Positions 60,768-64,000 of a DNA stretch of 64,000 nt are shown here, one piece after another; the stretch's first letter is position 1, and every line of letters begins with the position of its first letter. Both the position numbers and the translations under genes were made by a program. Below the pieces are notes generated by a model. It ran no database searches and had not been told where the DNA came from. It saw nothing but the letters and a program-made list of their open reading frames with translations. Source of the stretch: an uncultured Opitutia bacterium. Its GTDB lineage: Bacteria > Verrucomicrobiota > Verrucomicrobiia > Opitutales > Opitutaceae. The stretch is from positions 90,144 through 154,143 of the forward strand of contig CAIKHO010000021.1 in NCBI GenBank assembly GCA_903827245.1, given 5' to 3'.

Positions 60768-60989
60768 GAGGTTCTGGGGTTGGTGCCGATGGATGCAACC
60801 GGTGCGCTCGGACGCGACCCGATAGGTTAAACACGGATGCCTCATCGGACATAAATCCGGGAGGAGGCACGAAGGGCAGCGTTAAATGCCATCGGTGCGA
60901 GGCAAGTGCGATCTCATGGGCGTGCCGGGGCGAACGGCGATTTTGCGTCACTTGACCCGCTGCTGCGGCGTCATACGGTTGCGACCCCC

Positions 60990-61697
60990 ATGCGCCCCGC
61001 CCAATTTCATTGTCGAATTCTCAGCGGCTTGTTGCTGGCTGCGGCTGGCTCGTTGCGGGCGGCCCCGCTGGAGATCGGCTCGCCCTTCCTGCCCTCGTCC
61101 GGCGCGCCCAGCACCACGGCACTTACCGCGGGAGCGCCGATTGAATTGCACGGATATATGGTCACGCCAGCGGGTGAGGCATTCAGCATCTATGACCCGT
61201 CCAAGAAATCCGCGGCCTGGGTGAAGGTCAACGAAACCGGTTATCCCTTTGTCGTGCGCTCGCACAAGATCGTGAACTCGAACGACCAGATCACCGTCGA
61301 TTATCAGGGCAGCACGCTGACCCTGGCGTTGAAGCAATCCAAGATTGCCTCGGCGGCCCAGGCCGGGGGTTTGGCTGCGGTTCCGGGATTTGCCGGTCGC
61401 GGTGGCGCTGGTGGCGGCTTTGGCCAGCGGGGCGGCGGTGGCCCGGGGCAAGCGGCGGCGGCAGCGGTGGTTCCGACCGCCGAGGAAGCCACCCGGCTTC
61501 AGGCGGCGGCGGCGGATTTCCAGCAGCGCCAAGCGCAGCGCCAGCAGGCCCAGGCGGCACTCCAGGCCGGACAGGCTGTCCAGCCAGTGGCCCCGGCCGG
61601 ACAGATCCAGGGCGTCCAGCGTGGGAATGGCGGACAGCAGAATGGGCAGGGTAACGGCGGCGGCCGGAGAGCCCAGCGTGCTGCCGGCCAGCAGTAG
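60990..61697 (+). CDS. Secreted protein, unknown family (paralog 1), Gly/Gln-rich tail
   Basis: ORF 60906..61697(+) trimmed to MRPAQFHCRILSGLLLAAAGSLRA. SPFLP, IELHGY, VVRSHKIVNSNDQITVDYQG. Confidence 0.65.
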   Translation: MRPAQFHCRILSGLLLAAAGSLRAAPLEIGSPFLPSSGAPSTTALTAGAPIELHGYMVTPAGEAFSIYDPSKKSAAWVKVNETGYPFVVRSHKIVNSNDQITVDYQGSTLTLALKQSKIASAAQAGGLAAVPGFAGRGGAGGGFGQRGGGGPGQAAAAAVVPTAEEATRLQAAAADFQQRQAQRQQAQAALQAGQAVQPVAPAGQIQGVQRGNGGQQNGQGNGGGRRAQRAAGQQ

Positions 61698-61809
61698 TCG
61701 CCGACTAGTCGTTTCGATTTTGAAGGGATGGAATGATTGGTTGGTTTCGCCCGGGAAGCCCCACGAAGACCGCCCCGCATTGACCTTTGACCTGCCTGGG
61801 TGAAATCAC

Positions 61810-62418
61810 ATGCTGCCTTCGTTCATGCGTGCGGGTATTTTCCAGTCCAAGCTCACCGGCGGCCTCGGCCTGCTGCTGGTCATGGCCGTGACGGTGCGGG
61901 CCGAGAGCAGCCTCATGGATGCGTCCCCTTTCCTGCCTGTCGGAGCGGCGCCCGCTGCGGCCACCACGGAAGGGCCGATCGAATTTCATGGCTACCTCGC
62001 CACGGCCGACGGCGAGCGGTTCAGCATTTACAGCCCTTCCACGAAGACCGCGACCTGGGTGGGTTTGAATGAGAGCGGAAGGACCTTCGTGGTTCGGTCG
62101 CACAAGATCGTGAATTCGACCGACCAGATCACCGTCGATTATCAGGGACGTTCGCTGGTGCTGGCCTTGAAGGCGCCGAAGATCGCCTCGATGGCCAACT
62201 CGGCGGCGCCGGCTTTCGGCCAGCCCCCGGGCCTGCCGCTCGTTCAGGCACCCGCCGTGCAGACCACTCCTCCCGCGCTGCCGGCCGGTGCCAGTCTCGA
62301 CGAATGGGCGGCGGAAGTGCAGCGCCGCCGCGCCCTGCGGCAGCAGGCACCCGGCCAGCCGGCGCCCGCGCCGCAGCCTGCCCGGGGCGGACCTGCGGCC
62401 GGCGGGACGCAGAAATAA
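61810..62418 (+). CDS. Secreted protein, unknown family (paralog 2), Pro/Ala-rich tail
   Basis: ORF 61810..62418(+). SPFLP, IEFHGY, VVRSHKIVNSTDQITVDYQG. Confidence 0.65.
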   Translation: MLPSFMRAGIFQSKLTGGLGLLLVMAVTVRAESSLMDASPFLPVGAAPAAATTEGPIEFHGYLATADGERFSIYSPSTKTATWVGLNESGRTFVVRSHKIVNSTDQITVDYQGRSLVLALKAPKIASMANSAAPAFGQPPGLPLVQAPAVQTTPPALPAGASLDEWAAEVQRRRALRQQAPGQPAPAPQPARGGPAAGGTQK

Positions 62419-62524
62419 CCACGGCTGGAGGACGGTGGGCCGGGCCGGGTTCCCGCGGCAAAATTATTTCGTGCCTTGGCGGTGCACGTGCTCCAGCGTC
62501 GTGTCCCAAATGTCGAGTGCGCCC

Positions 62525-64000
62525 ATGTCCGCTTACAACGCCGCGGCTCCCAGCAATTGGGCGCTGGTCCGGCGGTTGTTCGGCCTGGCCTGGCGCTACC
62601 GGCTGCACTGCCTGCAGGTGCTTGGCATCCAGCTCTTGCTGCTGACGATGGGCATCGCCGGCCTCGGTTTCACCGGGGTGGGTATCGACTATATCCGGCA
62701 CCGGGTCGAGGGCACGAGCGCGGCGGGGCCGGCCGCCCAGGCCGGGTCGATCTCGATCGTTTCCTTTCACGGGCTCCATCTCTGGGTGCCCGACGCGTGG
62801 CCCCCGCTGCAGGTGCTCGGCCTGCTGGCCGGCCTCATCCTTGCGCTTGCCCTCGGGCGGGCCGTGCTCAACTACGTTTACGCGGTCTCGGTCAACCGGC
62901 TCGTGCAGCAAAAGATCGTCGTCGACCTGCGCGGCGAGGCCTACGAAAAACTCCAGCGGCTGAGCTTCCGCTTCTTTGACGCCAACAGCACCGGCTCGAT
63001 CATTACCCGCGTCACGAGCGACGTGCAGTCGGTACGGATGTTCGTCGACCAGGTGCTCATCCAGAGCGTGATCATGGGCATCTCGCTCACGGTCTATGTC
63101 GTGTACATGGCGAGCCTGAGCCCGGGCCTGACGGTCGCGTGCCTCGCCACGACGCCGCTGCTCTGGCTGATGGCGGCGTGGTTTTCCCGGAAGGTGCAGC
63201 CGGAGATGATGCACAACCGCACGCTGGTCGAGCGGATGGTGCAGCTCCTGGCCGAGAGCATCCAGGGGATCGCGGTGACCAAGGGCTTCGGCCGCGAGGC
63301 GGAAAACCGCGCGCAGTTCGACGCGGCCAACAATGCCGTGCTCACGCAGCAGCACGACATCTTCTGGCACATGAGCCTGTTCTCGCCCGCGATCGGGTTT
63401 CTGACCCGCATCAACATGATGGTGCTGCTGGGTTACGGCGGCTGGCTGGTCGTGCACGACCAACTCCCGTTCGGCACCGGTCTGGTGGTTTTCGCCGGGC
63501 TGCTCGAGCAGTTTTCCGGGCAGGTCAACAACGTCGCCACCATCGTGAACTCGGTGCAGCAGTCGCTGATCGGCGCGCGGCGCGTATTCGAAATCCTCGA
63601 CGCCCCGATCGAGGTCCGGAACGCGCCCGACGCCGTCCGGCGTCCCCGGCTCGAGGGGGCGGTGCGGTTCGAGAACGTCTCGTTCGCCTACGACGGCGCG
63701 GAAGCGGTCGTGCGCGACGTGAATCTCGACGTGAAGCCCGGGCAGTGCGTCGCGATCCTCGGCGCGACCGGCGCGGGCAAGAGCGTGCTGATGAGCCTCA
63801 TCCCGCGCTTCTTCGATCCGACCGCCGGCCGCCTGCTGGTCGACGGCCTCGACGCGCGCCAGATCCATCTCGACGACCTGCGGCGGAACATCGGCCTGGT
63901 TTTCCAGGAGAGCTTCCTCTTTTCCAACACGGTGGCGGCCAACATCGCGTTCGGGCACCCGGAGGCCACGCCCGCACAGATCGAGAAGGCGGCGCGGATC
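62525..64000 (+). CDS. Fused permease/ATPase ABC exporter (MsbA/multidrug type); 3' end outside the window
   Basis: Not in the ORF track (open-ended). My translation from ATG 62525: MSAYNAAAPSNWALVRRLFGLAWRY ... 6-TM domain ... ILGATGAGKSVLMSL (Walker A) ... IGLVFQESFLF. Confidence 0.88.
   Translation, partial: MSAYNAAAPSNWALVRRLFGLAWRYRLHCLQVLGIQLLLLTMGIAGLGFTGVGIDYIRHRVEGTSAAGPAAQAGSISIVSFHGLHLWVPDAWPPLQVLGLLAGLILALALGRAVLNYVYAVSVNRLVQQKIVVDLRGEAYEKLQRLSFRFFDANSTGSIITRVTSDVQSVRMFVDQVLIQSVIMGISLTVYVVYMASLSPGLTVACLATTPLLWLMAAWFSRKVQPEMMHNRTLVERMVQLLAESIQGIAVTKGFGREAENRAQFDAANNAVLTQQHDIFWHMSLFSPAIGFLTRINMMVLLGYGGWLVVHDQLPFGTGLVVFAGLLEQFSGQVNNVATIVNSVQQSLIGARRVFEILDAPIEVRNAPDAVRRPRLEGAVRFENVSFAYDGAEAVVRDVNLDVKPGQCVAILGATGAGKSVLMSLIPRFFDPTAGRLLVDGLDARQIHLDDLRRNIGLVFQESFLFSNTVAANIAFGHPEATPAQIEKAARI

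Noticed and set aside
62129-63958. 609-aa minus-strand ORF
   Set aside because: It is antisense to the open-ended ABC exporter gene, whose plus frame gives six TM helices, a Walker A motif and the Q-loop context. The composition is extremely Arg/Pro/Ala-rich.
1-64000. Whole window as a genomic island or prophage
   Set aside because: I recognised no integrase, transposase, tRNA attachment site, or phage or conjugation genes. Apart from short patches, the composition looks uniformly GC-rich, and housekeeping genes are spread throughout.

Overview
GC-rich bacterial chromosomal segment with about 63 protein-coding genes. Products were called by eye from motifs in the ORF-track translations, and no searches were run. 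Most genes are housekeeping or envelope functions: pdxH, rlmN, miaB, gmk, upp, malQ, mgtE, gntK, a Dus enzyme, Hsp20 x2, a DEAD-box helicase, two RRM RNA-binding proteins, two sensor kinases, a class III cyclase, ABC/HlyD efflux, MscS, TerC, and Tat-exported Gfo/Idh/MocA oxidoreductases with a DUF6807/PmoA-like partner. The gene content and the style of the intergenic repeats suggest Verrucomicrobiota (Opitutaceae-like), but this is inference only. I found no rRNA, tRNA, CRISPR array, transposase, integrase or phage genes, and no recognisable defence system. The most unusual thing I can show directly is in the non-coding DNA. Almost every intergenic gap longer than about 100 bp holds one of at least 12 distinct hairpin or inverted-repeat families, labelled A-M here. 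Some show non-random placement: family A always lies 60-100 nt upstream of a start codon, family C abuts TAG stop codons, nested and composite copies occur, one element sits inside an ABC operon, and rlmN carries an in-frame 27-bp perfect palindrome. The protein-level candidates for undescribed biology are weaker. They include a periplasmic DUF6807 + 2x Tat-oxidoreductase + 2x small secreted paralog cluster, a tandem pair of secreted paralogs sharing a 50-nt near-identical core next to an ABC exporter, and a signal-peptide-bearing CDA-fold deaminase behind TerC. They also include a kinase-like orphan and a sensor kinase whose receiver domain appears to lack the phospho-acceptor Asp, coupled to SixA. 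Many long ORFs in the track are GC-driven antisense artefacts and were rejected.
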